A stretch of 42,514 nt of DNA, taken from Desulfobacterales bacterium. Lineage in GTDB: Bacteria; Desulfobacterota; Desulfobacteria; Desulfobacterales; SG8-13. The number at the start of each line of letters is the position of its first letter. Position 1 is the stretch's first letter. Of the stretch, positions 7,990 through 17,043 are shown piece after piece. The stretch covers positions 990 through 43,503 of the forward strand of contig JARROL010000001.1 of the NCBI GenBank assembly GCA_037383965.1. Direction: 5' to 3'. Below the pieces are notes generated by a model, which saw only the letters and a program-made list of their open reading frames with translations, was not told the DNA's origin and searched no databases. The position numbers and the translations under genes were made by a program.

Positions 7990-8590
7990 TTAGGCGCATC
8001 GAATACTGGTTTTTTCATCTGCACTGATGATGCAGTCATTGGGCCGAAGTCGTTTTCCGTTCCGTAGGCCCTGGTAGAGATCCAAAACACGGCTGGCCTT
8101 TTGCGCAAAATCTGGATCGCTAGGAAAGATCCAGCTGCGATATTGCTACGGATTTATGGCATCCTGGCTCATCCAGCGCCAAACCTTAGCGCCACTGATG
8201 GCGGCTACATTACCGTTTTTATCAGCTTAGCGGGCATTGTCAGCATTGCTGAGCCGAGAAAAGGGGAGGTTATTTTCGCCAGGCATCTGGCAAGCCCAAG
8301 CGTTAACCTCCATGACCACTTTAGGGAGAAAAACGACTCGGTCTCCCGCGTCTTGGACGATCCTGGAGACCGGCCAAGCGTTCTTCATAGAAGCGTTTGC
8401 GCCACTTGCTGATGATCTGTCGCGGCACCTCGAGGCGTTCACCGATTTGTTTGTTTTCCATGCCTTCGGCAGCGAGCAAAATGGCTTTGGCGCGAACGAC
8501 TTCAAAATATGGTGACGTATACTTCCGCGTGATTCGTAGCAAGGCCTTTTTCTCATGTGCCGCAAGCTCTATTAAAAAAGGGCTATTTCT
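7990..8590 (-). pseudogene. Decayed, 3'-truncated IS630-family transposase (N-terminal HTH region only)
   Basis: Minus-strand fragments lie in different frames with internal stops: ...IELAAHEKKALLRITRKYTSPYFEVVRAKAILLAAEGMENKQIGERLEVPRQIISKWRKRFYEERLAGLQDRPRRGRPSRFSP / FLPKVVMEVNAWACQMPGENNLPFSRLSNADNAR* / ISGAKVWRWMSQDAINP*QYRSWIFPSDPDFAQKASRVLDLYQG...ISADEKTSIRCA*. No DDE catalytic part follows. Confidence 0.75.
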
Positions 8591-8775
8591 TGGAATATAG
8601 CACCTCCTTTCGTTTCGGAGGACGATATCAAATGCATACTAATTTGTCGATAATACGACATCGTATTTATAAAAATGTGTACTGAGTTGTGCTTTGTGTC
8701 GAGGACATAGTTTGCTTTCGTCACCGGTAGGTCAAAATTGTCGTACAGCAGTCATTATGTTCAGATACAAAGGCC

Positions 8776-8807
8776 TTGACAGTACTTTCGACGATATGCC
8801 ATATAAC
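8776..8807 (+). promoter_or_regulatory. Candidate sigma70-type promoter of the hdrL-like operon
   Basis: TTGACA (8776-8781), an 18-20 nt spacer, then CATATAAC. The spacer length is suboptimal. Confidence 0.3.
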
Positions 8808-8817
8808 TCCCTTGGCA

Positions 8818-8882
8818 AATCGGCGCAAATTTGATTGGTCCGCTCTTGAGGCGAATCAGCGCAAATTTGATCGGTCCGCTCT
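8818..8882 (+). repeat. Two direct copies (period 36 bp) of a 29-nt element containing the palindrome CAAATTTG, in the hdrL-like leader
   Basis: AATCGGCGCAAATTTGATTGGTCCGCTCT (8818-8846) and AATCAGCGCAAATTTGATCGGTCCGCTCT (8854-8882), 27/29 identical. Flanked by inverted CTTGGC/GCCAAG. Confidence 0.8.
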
Positions 8883-8982
8883 CGCCAAGCATCTTTTATT
8901 GTTGAACTTTTATCCGCCGGCGTATCGCGTGTTTTTCGTCTCAGCGTGTAAGCTCGGCATCAAAAGGGTCAGGATAGATCTT

Positions 8983-11900
8983 ATGAGCAAGAACATAATT
9001 GTTGGATCAGCTTTGGTTGTCGGCGGCGGCATCGCCGGAATGCAGGCAGCTCTGGATTTGGCCGATTCGGGCTACCTGGTTCACCTTGTCGAAAAATCAT
9101 CCGCCATCGGCGGCGTGATGAGCGAACTGGACAAGACCTTTCCGACCAACGACTGTGCCATGTGAATTATCTCGCCCAAACTGGTCGAGGTCGGCCGGCA
9201 TCTCAACATCAATCTGATCACCTGTGCCGAAGTTGAAACGGTATCAGGAACACCCGGAAATTTTAAGGTCACGATCAACAAAGCCCCTCGGTTTGTGGAC
9301 CCGGCAAAGTGCACCTCATGCGGCGACTGCATCGAGGTTTGCCCGGTTTCCCTTCCCGATGAGTACGACCACGGTTTTTCCGCCCGCAAAGCCATCTACA
9401 AGAAATACGCCCAGGCGATCCCCGGCGCTTTTACCGTGCACAAGATGGACAAGGCTCCCTGCCGCCTGGCCTGTCCGGCAGGCTTAAACGTGCAGGGCTA
9501 TGTGCAGATGGTGGGGGCCGGGAAATATAAAGAGGCCCTTAAAATTATCATGGAGGATCTGCCCCTGCCCGGGGTTCTCGGACGCATCTGCCCCCACGGT
9601 TGTGAAGACGCCTGCCGCCGCTGCGAAGTCGACGATCCGGTGGCCATCCGTGACCTGAAGCGGCTGGCGGCCGACCAGGTGGACCCACGGGAAGTGGAGA
9701 TCAAGTGTCTGCCGCAGCGCAAGGAAACGGTGGCGATCATCGGCTCGGGCCCCGCGGGGCTCTCGGCGGCGTATCACCTGATCCGCAGGGGAATCAAGTC
9801 GACGATTTTCGAGGCCTTGCCCCAGGCGGGCGGCATGTTGCGGGTCGGCATTCCGGAACATCGCTTGCCCAGGGAGGTTCTCGACAGGGAAATCGAGCTG
9901 ATCACCAACCTGGGAGTCGACATTAAAGTCAACACGCCCTTCGGAGCGGATTTATCGCTGGATGATCTCTTCGAGCAGGGCTTCAAGGCGGTCTATATTG
10001 CCATCGGCGCCCATAAGGGCATCAATTTGGGCATACCGGGAGAAAAATCGAAGGGGGTTCGGCAGGGCGTCGATTTCCTCAGAGAAGTCAATCTGACCGG
10101 CAAGGCCGACGTCGGTAAAAATGTCGCCATCATCGGCGGCGGCAACGTGGCCATCGACGTGGCCCGCTGCGCGGTTCGCCTGGGCGCCGAGACGGTCAAT
10201 ATCATCTACCGGCGCTCCAGGGCCGAAATGCCCGCCTGGGAAGAGGAAATTCAGGCCGCCGAGGACGAGGGCGTCAACCTCACCTACCTGTCCGCGCCCC
10301 AGGAAGTATTGGTCGAAGACGGTCGGGTGGTAGGCCTGCGCTGCATCCGCATGAAGCTCAGCGACGTCGACTCTTCCGGTCGCAGGAGACCGACTCCCAT
10401 CCCCCACAGCGAGTACGAGATCGACATCGATCAGCTCATTCCGGCCATCGGTCAGAAACCGGATCTCTCCGCCCTGGCGGACGTGGCCGGTCTGGACACG
10501 ACGCGGTGGGGCACCATGGAGGTGGATGCCGTCACCTATGCTACCGGGCGGGAAGGGGTTTTTGCCGGTGGCGATGTCCAGACGGGTCCCTGGGTGGCCA
10601 TTGGCGCCATCGCCGCCGGAAAAGAGGCCGCCGAGTCGATCCAGCGTTATTTCGATAAGCGCGATATGGCTGCCGACCGGGAGCCGATCTACAAGGAAAA
10701 CCCCGTTTATCGGCCGATCCCGGCCGATGCCAACCGCACCGCGCGCGCCAAGATGCCGGCCCTGCCGGTGGTCGATCGCCGGGGTAACTTCAAAGAGGTC
10801 GAGCTGGGTTACGCGGAAGCCGCAGGGCAGTCGGAGGCCCATCGCTGTCTCAATTGCGGCTATTGCTGCGAATGCTACCAGTGCGTCGAAGCCTGCAAAC
10901 CGCAGGCGGTGACCCTGGAGACCCACGCCGAACAGGCGCAAAAGATCGAATTGGAAGTGGGGTCCGTGATCCTGGCGCCCGGGTTCAAACCTTTCGATCC
11001 GTCAAAGTTCGATGCATACAACTACAGCAAACACCCCAATGTGATCACCTCCATGGAAATGGAGCGCTTTTTGTCGGCTTCCGGCCCGACGGGCGGTCAC
11101 CTCGTACGGCCTTCCGACCACAAAGAGCCGCAGAAGATCGCCTGGTTCCAATGCATCGGGTCTCGTGACCTGAACCGCTGCGACAACTCCTACTGTTCTT
11201 CGGTGTGCTGCATGTACGCCATCAAGGAAGCCGTCATCGCCAAGGAGCACAGCGGGGGTAACCTCGACTGCGCCGTTTTCTTCATGGACATGCGCACGCC
11301 GGGCAAGGATTTCGAGCGATTTTACGACCGGGCCCGGGAAAACGATGATGTTCGGTTCATCCGCAGCCGGGTTCACACCATCGACCCGGTGGGGGACACT
11401 GGCGACCTCGAGCTGCGCTATGTTACCGAGAGCGGCGAGATGATAACCGAGACCTTCGACATGGTGGTGCTTTCGATCGGCATGGAGGTTGGGTCTGAAG
11501 CCGTGGCGTTAGCCCAGAGACTTGGATTCGAGCTGACCGAAGGGCGTTTCTGCCAGACCGAAACCTTTGAACCGGTGGCCACCTCCAAGCCGGGCATCTT
11601 CGCTTGCGGGGCGTTCCAGGGACCAAAGGACATTCCGCAGTCGGTCGTTGACGCGAGTGCGGCGGCCTCGGCCGCCGGCGAGATTTTGTCCGCGGCCCGG
11701 TTCACGGCTACCAAAACTCCGGAACTGATCCCGGAAACCAACGTTATCGGCGATCGACCGAGGATCGGGGTTTTCGTCTGCCGCTGCGGCATCAACATTG
11801 CCGGGGTTGTCGATGTTCCGGCAGTACGGGATTACGCTGCTACACTGCCCTTTGTGGATTACGTATCCGACAATCTCTACTCCTGCTCCCAGGATACCCA

Positions 11901-13437
11901 GGACACGATGGCGGCGATTATCAACAAGGAAAAACTCAACCGGGTGGTGGTGGCGGCCTGCACGCCCAAAACACACGAACCGCTGTTCCAGGAGACTCTG
12001 ATCAACGCCGGCCTCAACAAGTACCTTTTCGAGATGGCCAACATCCGCAACCAGGATTCGTGGGTTCACAAGAAAAATCCAGAACTGGCCACCCAGAAGG
12101 CCAAAGACCTAGTGCGCATGGCCGTGTCCAAGGTCGCGTTGATGGAGCCGCTCAAAGAGGCCGAACTTGATGTCACTCCAGTTGCCATGGTTTTAGGCGG
12201 CGGTGTGGCCGGTATGGCCGCAGCCCGCAGTCTGGCGAGGCAGGGCTATGAGACGCATTTGGTCGAAAAAAGCGATCGCCTCGGCGGCCAGGCGCTCAAC
12301 CTTTACCACACGGCCCAAGGGGAGGATGTCCAGCAGAAGCTTGCCGGTCTCATCGAGGATGTCAGCCGCGAGGAGAACTTCCATGCTCACCTGAACACCA
12401 CCTTGACCGGGGTTAGCGGCTTTGTGGGCAACTTCCAATCAACCCTGTCCCACAACGGCGACACCCAGACCTTAGATCACGGGGTGGCCGTTCTGGCCAC
12501 CGGGGCCAACCCACTCATACCCGAAGAGTACGAATACGGCAAGGATCCCCGCATCCTGACCAGCTTGGAGCTGGATCGCAAGTTTATCGAAAACGACCCG
12601 GCGCTGGAAAAGCTGAAGACTGCGGTTTTCATCCAGTGTGTCGGCTCTCGGGAACCCCAACGACCGTATTGCTCCAGGGTGTGCTGCACCCATTCGGTGG
12701 AAACCGCTCTGGAGCTCAAGAAACGCAATCCCGATATGCAGATCTTTATTTTGTATCGGGACATGCGGACCTACGGCGAGCGCGAGTACCTCTACAAAAA
12801 GGCCCGTGCGGCCGGGATCGTTTTTATCCGATACAAACTGGAGCAAAAACCCCAGGTCAGCGTGACCCAAGAAGTGATCCGTGTGGCGGTAATCGATCAT
12901 GTTTTGGGCTGGCCGGTGGAGATCCAGGCCGACCTTCTCACGCTGGCCTCGGCCGTTATACCGGCCGGCGATGAAAGTCTGGCTCAGTTCTTCAAGGTGC
13001 CGATGAACGAAGACGGCTTCTTCGTCGAGAAACACGCCAAGTTGGGGCCCTCCGAGTTCGCCACCGACGGTGTGTTCCTGTGCGGCATGGCCCACTATCC
13101 CAAGCCGATCGACGAGTCCGTGGCCCAAGGCCGGGCAGCGGCCTCCCGCGCCTTGACGTTGCTGGCCCAGAAAACGATTCACACCAGCGGTACCGTGGCC
13201 CTAGCAGATCCTTTCATGTGCAGTCGCTGCGGAGTGTGCGTCGCCATTTGCCCTTATTCGGCGCCGTTTTTTACCGAGGCCGGTCCAAATGCCGGCAAGG
13301 CCGAGGTCAATCCGATTCTGTGCAAGGGCTGCGGTTTGTGCGTGGCTTCCTGCCGCTCCGGGGCGATCCATTTAAAGGGCTTTGACAACAACCAGATTTT
13401 TGCTCAGCTCTTTTCCCTGAGCGAAGAGGTGGGATAG
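8983..13437 (+). CDS. hdrL: Large HdrA-like flavoprotein fusion (HdrA N-module + GltD/NfnB-like NAD(P)H module + two HdrA-type modules + ferredoxin domains); probable selenoprotein with UGA-Sec at 9163-9165 (HdrL-type)
   Basis: ORFs 8776-9165 and 9295-13437 are in the same frame, separated only by TGA at 9163-9165. Read-through gives ...[23 protein letters not shown]..., matching the HdrA motif TFPTNDCSMCILAPK. The ATG at 8983 ([27 protein letters not shown]) follows AGGA. The GltD-like part is [15 protein letters not shown]...[26 protein letters not shown] and [14 protein letters not shown]. There is a second Rossmann fold, [15 protein letters not shown]. Confidence 0.85.
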
Positions 13438-13474
13438 TGCCTATCCATAAATCCTTAAAACCTATGGAGTTATC

Positions 13475-13906
13475 ATGTCCGAGTGGGAACCGAAAATCGT
13501 CGCATTTTTGTGCAATTGGTGCAGCTATGGTGCAGCGGATCTGGCCGGCATCAGCCGGATGGAATATCCGCCCAACATTCGGGTCATCCGGATTCCCTGC
13601 ACAGGGCGGATGAGCCCCAAGTTCTTTCTCGCGGCGCTGCGCGAGGGCGCAGACGCTGTCTGGGTATCCGGGTGACATCCCGGCGAATGCCATTACCTGG
13701 AAGGTAATTACTACGCTCGCCGAAAGTTCGCCCTGTTTCAGAATCTGATGGAGCACATGGGAATCGAGCCCGGGCGGATTCAATTCTCATGGGTTTCCTC
13801 GGCCGAGTCGACCAAGTTCGTCGAGGTGGTCAACGATGTCACTGCGAAGGTCAAGGGGCTGGGGCCCAATCAAAACTTCATTAAAACCGAAGCCAAGGTG
13901 GCTTAG
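13475..13906 (+). CDS. mvhD: MvhD-like [2Fe-2S] hydrogenase delta-subunit-type electron-transfer protein (FlxD-like); probable selenoprotein with UGA-Sec at 13673-13675
   Basis: The ORF stops at TGA 13673-13675 but the frame stays open to TAG 13904-13906. Read-through gives [19 protein letters not shown]...IRIPCTGRM...[28 protein letters not shown]..., matching MvhD GCHPGDCHY. Confidence 0.85.
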
Positions 13907-13907
13907 T

Positions 13908-14852
13908 ATGTCATATATCGTCAAGATCAAAGAGATTTCCGAAAAGATCCTCAAAGACTGCACGGTGGAAATGGTCATCGGCTTTCGCAAGGGAACCGTT
14001 CCGTTGATGAACGAACCTTGCTTTGCGAGGACCCCCGATCAGGTGGATCAGTTTGTCTGGGATGGAAACTGCTGTATAAACCTTGCCAACTATCTGGCTG
14101 ATCGCAAAGAAAAGATCGGAATCGTGGCCAAGGGGTGTGATTCCCGCAACATCGTCACGCACATTCTCGAAAACAAAATCAAACGCGAGCAACTCTACAT
14201 TATCGGCGTGCCGTGCCTGGGAATGATTGACAAGCGACGAATTGCGCAGGATTTCGCCGACGAGATCATTGCGGTTGAAGAGGATAACGGCAAGGTTATC
14301 GTCAAAGGGCATGAGCGGGAAAAAGTCTACGACAAGTCTGCAGTGCTTCAGGAAAATTGTGCCATCTGTATTCATCGTAACCCGGTTATCCACGACGAAC
14401 TGGTGGCCGAACCGGTGGTGGAGCAGATCGAAGTGGACCGCTACGAGGACGTGCGTCGTGTCGAATCCATGGCGCCGGGTGAAAAATGGGCCCATTTCGA
14501 GGAGATGCTGGCGCCCTGCATCCGTTGCTATGCCTGTCGTAACGCCTGCCCACTGTGTTACTGTCCCACGTGCTTTGTGGATGAACACCGCCCCCAATGG
14601 GTCAACAAGGGCCAGGACCCGGTTGACGTGCGCACGTTTCATTTCCTGCGCGCTTACCACTGCGCCGGACGCTGCACCGACTGCGGCGCCTGCGAGAGAG
14701 TCTGCCCGGTCGGCATCCCGGTGCGTCAGTTCACCAAAAAGCTTGAAAAAGATGCCCGGGAACTTTTCGACTGGGAGGCCGGTTTGACGCTGGACAAGCG
14801 CCCGGTGCTCGATTTTTACAAACCTAACGATCCGGATGAGTTCATTAAATAA
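13908..14852 (+). CDS. Fe-S cluster protein (4Fe-4S dicluster motifs), FlxC-like subunit
   Basis: MSYIVKIKE... start at ATG 13908, 1 nt after the mvhD stop. The 24-codon N-terminal extension in the track overlaps mvhD. Motifs CIRCYACRNACPLCYCPTC and CTDCGACERVCPVGIP. Confidence 0.75.
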   Translation: MSYIVKIKEISEKILKDCTVEMVIGFRKGTVPLMNEPCFARTPDQVDQFVWDGNCCINLANYLADRKEKIGIVAKGCDSRNIVTHILENKIKREQLYIIGVPCLGMIDKRRIAQDFADEIIAVEEDNGKVIVKGHEREKVYDKSAVLQENCAICIHRNPVIHDELVAEPVVEQIEVDRYEDVRRVESMAPGEKWAHFEEMLAPCIRCYACRNACPLCYCPTCFVDEHRPQWVNKGQDPVDVRTFHFLRAYHCAGRCTDCGACERVCPVGIPVRQFTKKLEKDARELFDWEAGLTLDKRPVLDFYKPNDPDEFIK

Positions 14853-14861
14853 AGATAGACA

Positions 14862-14941
14862 TAGTGTTTGGTGTTTAGAGCTTAGTGTTTGGTAATCGTT
14901 GTCCGATACCAAACACGAAACACCAAATAGCAAACACCAAA
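14862..14941 (+). repeat. Intercistronic nested inverted-repeat element built from GTGTTTGGT / ACCAAACAC units
   Basis: The left arm has three copies of (A)GTGTTTGG(T). The right arm has three of CCAAACAC / AAACACCAAA. The inner perfect 10-bp hairpin is GTGTTTGGTA (14885-14894) / TACCAAACAC (14907-14916). The outer pair is TTTGGTGTTT / AAACACCAAA. Confidence 0.8.
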
Positions 14942-14957
14942 TTCATAGGTTCACGTA

Positions 14958-16025
14958 ATGAAGATTGTAAAAATTGACAAGAAGAGCTTGAGCACCGACC
15001 TCGACCGACTGCGTGAGACGTATCGACTTTTCGGGCCGGTCAAAGGGCCGCAGTATTACGATTTTCAGCTGCTGGGTCCTGGACAAACGCCCGACTTGGA
15101 CTTTCTCAATACGCGCATGTCGGCCAAGTCTCTGGTTTATCCGCAATCGGAGGTGATGCTCGATTACAGCCTGGACGAAAGTCAAGATGATCACCACATA
15201 ATGAAGGAAAGCGCACGGGACTATTCCCCCCGGGCTGTCATCGGGATCAGGCCCTGCGATGTCAAGGGATACCTCCTGGTGAAGCGCAATTTCGACACCC
15301 CCGACTTCAAGGACCCTTACTGGGTCCGCAACTTTGCGGCCACCACCCTCGTGGGCTATGGCTGTGATGAGCCTTGCAGCAGCTGTTTCTGCACCTCCGC
15401 CGGATCGGGACCTTTTCACGAGGAAGGCTTGGACGTGCTTCTGGTCGATGCCGGAGACAGCTTTTTAGCCAAGATCATCTCCGAGAAGGGGGAAAAGTTG
15501 GCCGCCGCCGCCGGCTGGGACAAACCGGCTGCAGACGGGACCGAACAGGAGATTGACGCTCGCCGGCAGGCAGCAGAAGCCAAGATGAACGCCGCGATGG
15601 AAACGGACCGGTTGGCCGCACAGGACACGCTCGATCTTTACGACGCGCCCTTCTGGGAAGATGTCTCTTTTTCCTGCATCAATTGCGGAACGTGTACTTA
15701 CGTCTGCCCGACCTGCTGGTGTTTCGACATTCAGGACGAGGTCCGCGGGAAAAAAGGAAAACGACTGCGCATCTGGGATAGCTGCATGTATCCGCTGTTC
15801 ACCCTCCACGGCTCCGGCCACAATCCTCGGGGGACGAAACTGCAGCGGGTCCGCCAGCGGTTCATGCACAAGCTCAAATATTATGTGGACAAGTATGAAG
15901 ACGGGATACAGTGCTCCGGTTGCGGTCGTTGCGTGCGCCTGTGTCCGGTGAACATCGACATTCGTCGGGTTGCCCGACTGATGAACAGCCACGGCCAGGA
16001 CGCTGTGGCCTGCGAGGTGAAGTGA
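14958..16025 (+). CDS. Fe-S protein of the sulfhydrogenase-beta (HydB) / AsrA type, FlxB-like subunit
   Basis: CINCGTCTYVCPTCWCFD...RIWDSCMYPLFTLHGSGHNPR...CSGCGRCVRLCPVNIDI. Confidence 0.75.
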   Translation: MKIVKIDKKSLSTDLDRLRETYRLFGPVKGPQYYDFQLLGPGQTPDLDFLNTRMSAKSLVYPQSEVMLDYSLDESQDDHHIMKESARDYSPRAVIGIRPCDVKGYLLVKRNFDTPDFKDPYWVRNFAATTLVGYGCDEPCSSCFCTSAGSGPFHEEGLDVLLVDAGDSFLAKIISEKGEKLAAAAGWDKPAADGTEQEIDARRQAAEAKMNAAMETDRLAAQDTLDLYDAPFWEDVSFSCINCGTCTYVCPTCWCFDIQDEVRGKKGKRLRIWDSCMYPLFTLHGSGHNPRGTKLQRVRQRFMHKLKYYVDKYEDGIQCSGCGRCVRLCPVNIDIRRVARLMNSHGQDAVACEVK

Positions 16026-16921
16026 TGACGACGCCGCATGTTGAATCCGTCATTCCCGGTACCGGAGGGATGACGGTGACGAATCCTTATCTCCCGTATC
16101 CGGTACGAATCGAGGAGATAACCACCGAAACCGAAGACCGTAACCTGAAGACGTTCAAACTGGTGTTCTTGAATACGGCCGACGAAAAAAAGTTTGCCTA
16201 TAAGGCCGGCCAGTTCGCCGAGCTCTCGATAACCGGCAAAGGTGAAATACCGATCGGGATTGCCTCTTCGCCGACGGAAAAAGGCTTTCTCCTTTTTACC
16301 GTCAACCGGGTCGGGCTGGTTTCCACCGCCCTGCACAACATGCGGGTGGGCGACATCATGGGTGTTCGCGGTCCCATGGGCAATTGGTACCCTTGGGAGG
16401 CAATCGAGGGCAAAAGTGTTGTTATCATCGGGGGCGGTTTTGCTTTCACGACCCTGCGGTCGTCCATCGTTTACATGCTCGATCCGAATAACCGGCCAAA
16501 ATTCAAAGATATACATGTCATATATGGTGCCCGGACACCGGGCATGCTTCTCTACCGCGACGAACTGGCGGCCTGGGAGAAACGCGACGACATCTACATG
16601 CACATCACTGTGGACGCCACCGACGATCCGACCTGGAAGTACAATACCGGTTTCGTGCCGACGATCACCGACCAAAAAGCGCCGCCGGCTGACGGGGAAA
16701 CCTATGCCATCGTGTGCGGTCCTCCGATCATGATCAAGTTTACACAGCCGGTACTCGAGAACCTCGGTTACTCGTACGACCACATCATCATGTCTCTGGA
16801 AAATCGGATGAAATGCGGTATCGGTATCTGCGGCCATTGCAATATCGGCAAGGAATACGTGTGCAAGGACGGGCCGGTCTTCACGCTGGAACAGTTGAGC
16901 CGTATGCCGAAAGAGTATTGA
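16025..16921 (+). CDS. FAD/NAD(P)-binding oxidoreductase with C-terminal [2Fe-2S] site (HydG / AsrB / PyrK family), FlxA-like subunit
   Basis: The ATG at 16025 overlaps the upstream stop (TGATG). The track start at 15911 would overlap the upstream gene by 115 nt. Motifs YKAGQFAELS...GEIPIGIASSP, VVIIGGGFAF and the C-terminal CGIGICGHCNIGKEYVCKDGPVF. Confidence 0.8.
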   Translation: MTTPHVESVIPGTGGMTVTNPYLPYPVRIEEITTETEDRNLKTFKLVFLNTADEKKFAYKAGQFAELSITGKGEIPIGIASSPTEKGFLLFTVNRVGLVSTALHNMRVGDIMGVRGPMGNWYPWEAIEGKSVVIIGGGFAFTTLRSSIVYMLDPNNRPKFKDIHVIYGARTPGMLLYRDELAAWEKRDDIYMHITVDATDDPTWKYNTGFVPTITDQKAPPADGETYAIVCGPPIMIKFTQPVLENLGYSYDHIIMSLENRMKCGIGICGHCNIGKEYVCKDGPVFTLEQLSRMPKEY

Positions 16922-16939
16922 CCGGCCTGTTTTTTAATG

Positions 16940-16968
16940 TTGACATCACAGATTCAATACGTTAATAA
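16940..16968 (+). promoter_or_regulatory. Sigma70-type promoter for dsrC
   Basis: TTGACA (16940-16945), 17-nt spacer, TAATAA (16963-16968). It lies about 75 nt upstream of the dsrC ATG. Confidence 0.5.
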
Positions 16969-17043
16969 ACCAACTTTAATCATCGCAATAGGCGGACTGG
17001 CGTAAGCCACTGGAATAATTTATTTTTTAAAGGAGGGTATTGT

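Noticed and set aside
8818-8882. Tandem 29-nt repeats as a possible CRISPR array
   Set aside because: There are only two copies, the spacer is 7 nt, and no cas genes are present. This is not a CRISPR.
8776-8982. N-terminal 69 codons of track ORF 8776-9165 (TTG start, contains [19 protein letters not shown])
   Set aside because: The repeated peptide merely reflects the 36-bp DNA repeat. HdrA homology begins only at Met 8983, which has its own SD. The upstream part is treated as leader.
9484-13182. Many long minus-strand or off-frame ORFs within the hdrL-like gene (for example 9952-10941 -, 11509-12069 -, 12472-13182 -)
   Set aside because: They lie antisense or out of frame to a gene with continuous strong HdrA/GltD homology. 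Their translations are low-complexity, as expected for high-GC DNA.
13836-13907. 24-codon N-terminal extension of the FlxC-like ORF
   Set aside because: It overlaps the 3' end of the read-through mvhD gene. The ATG at 13908, directly after the mvhD stop, gives a compact operon junction.
15911-16024. 38-codon N-terminal extension of the FlxA-like ORF
   Set aside because: It lies fully inside the FlxB-like gene and translates to Arg/Gly/Pro-rich sequence. The ATG at 16025 overlaps the upstream stop (TGATG), as is typical of coupled cistrons.
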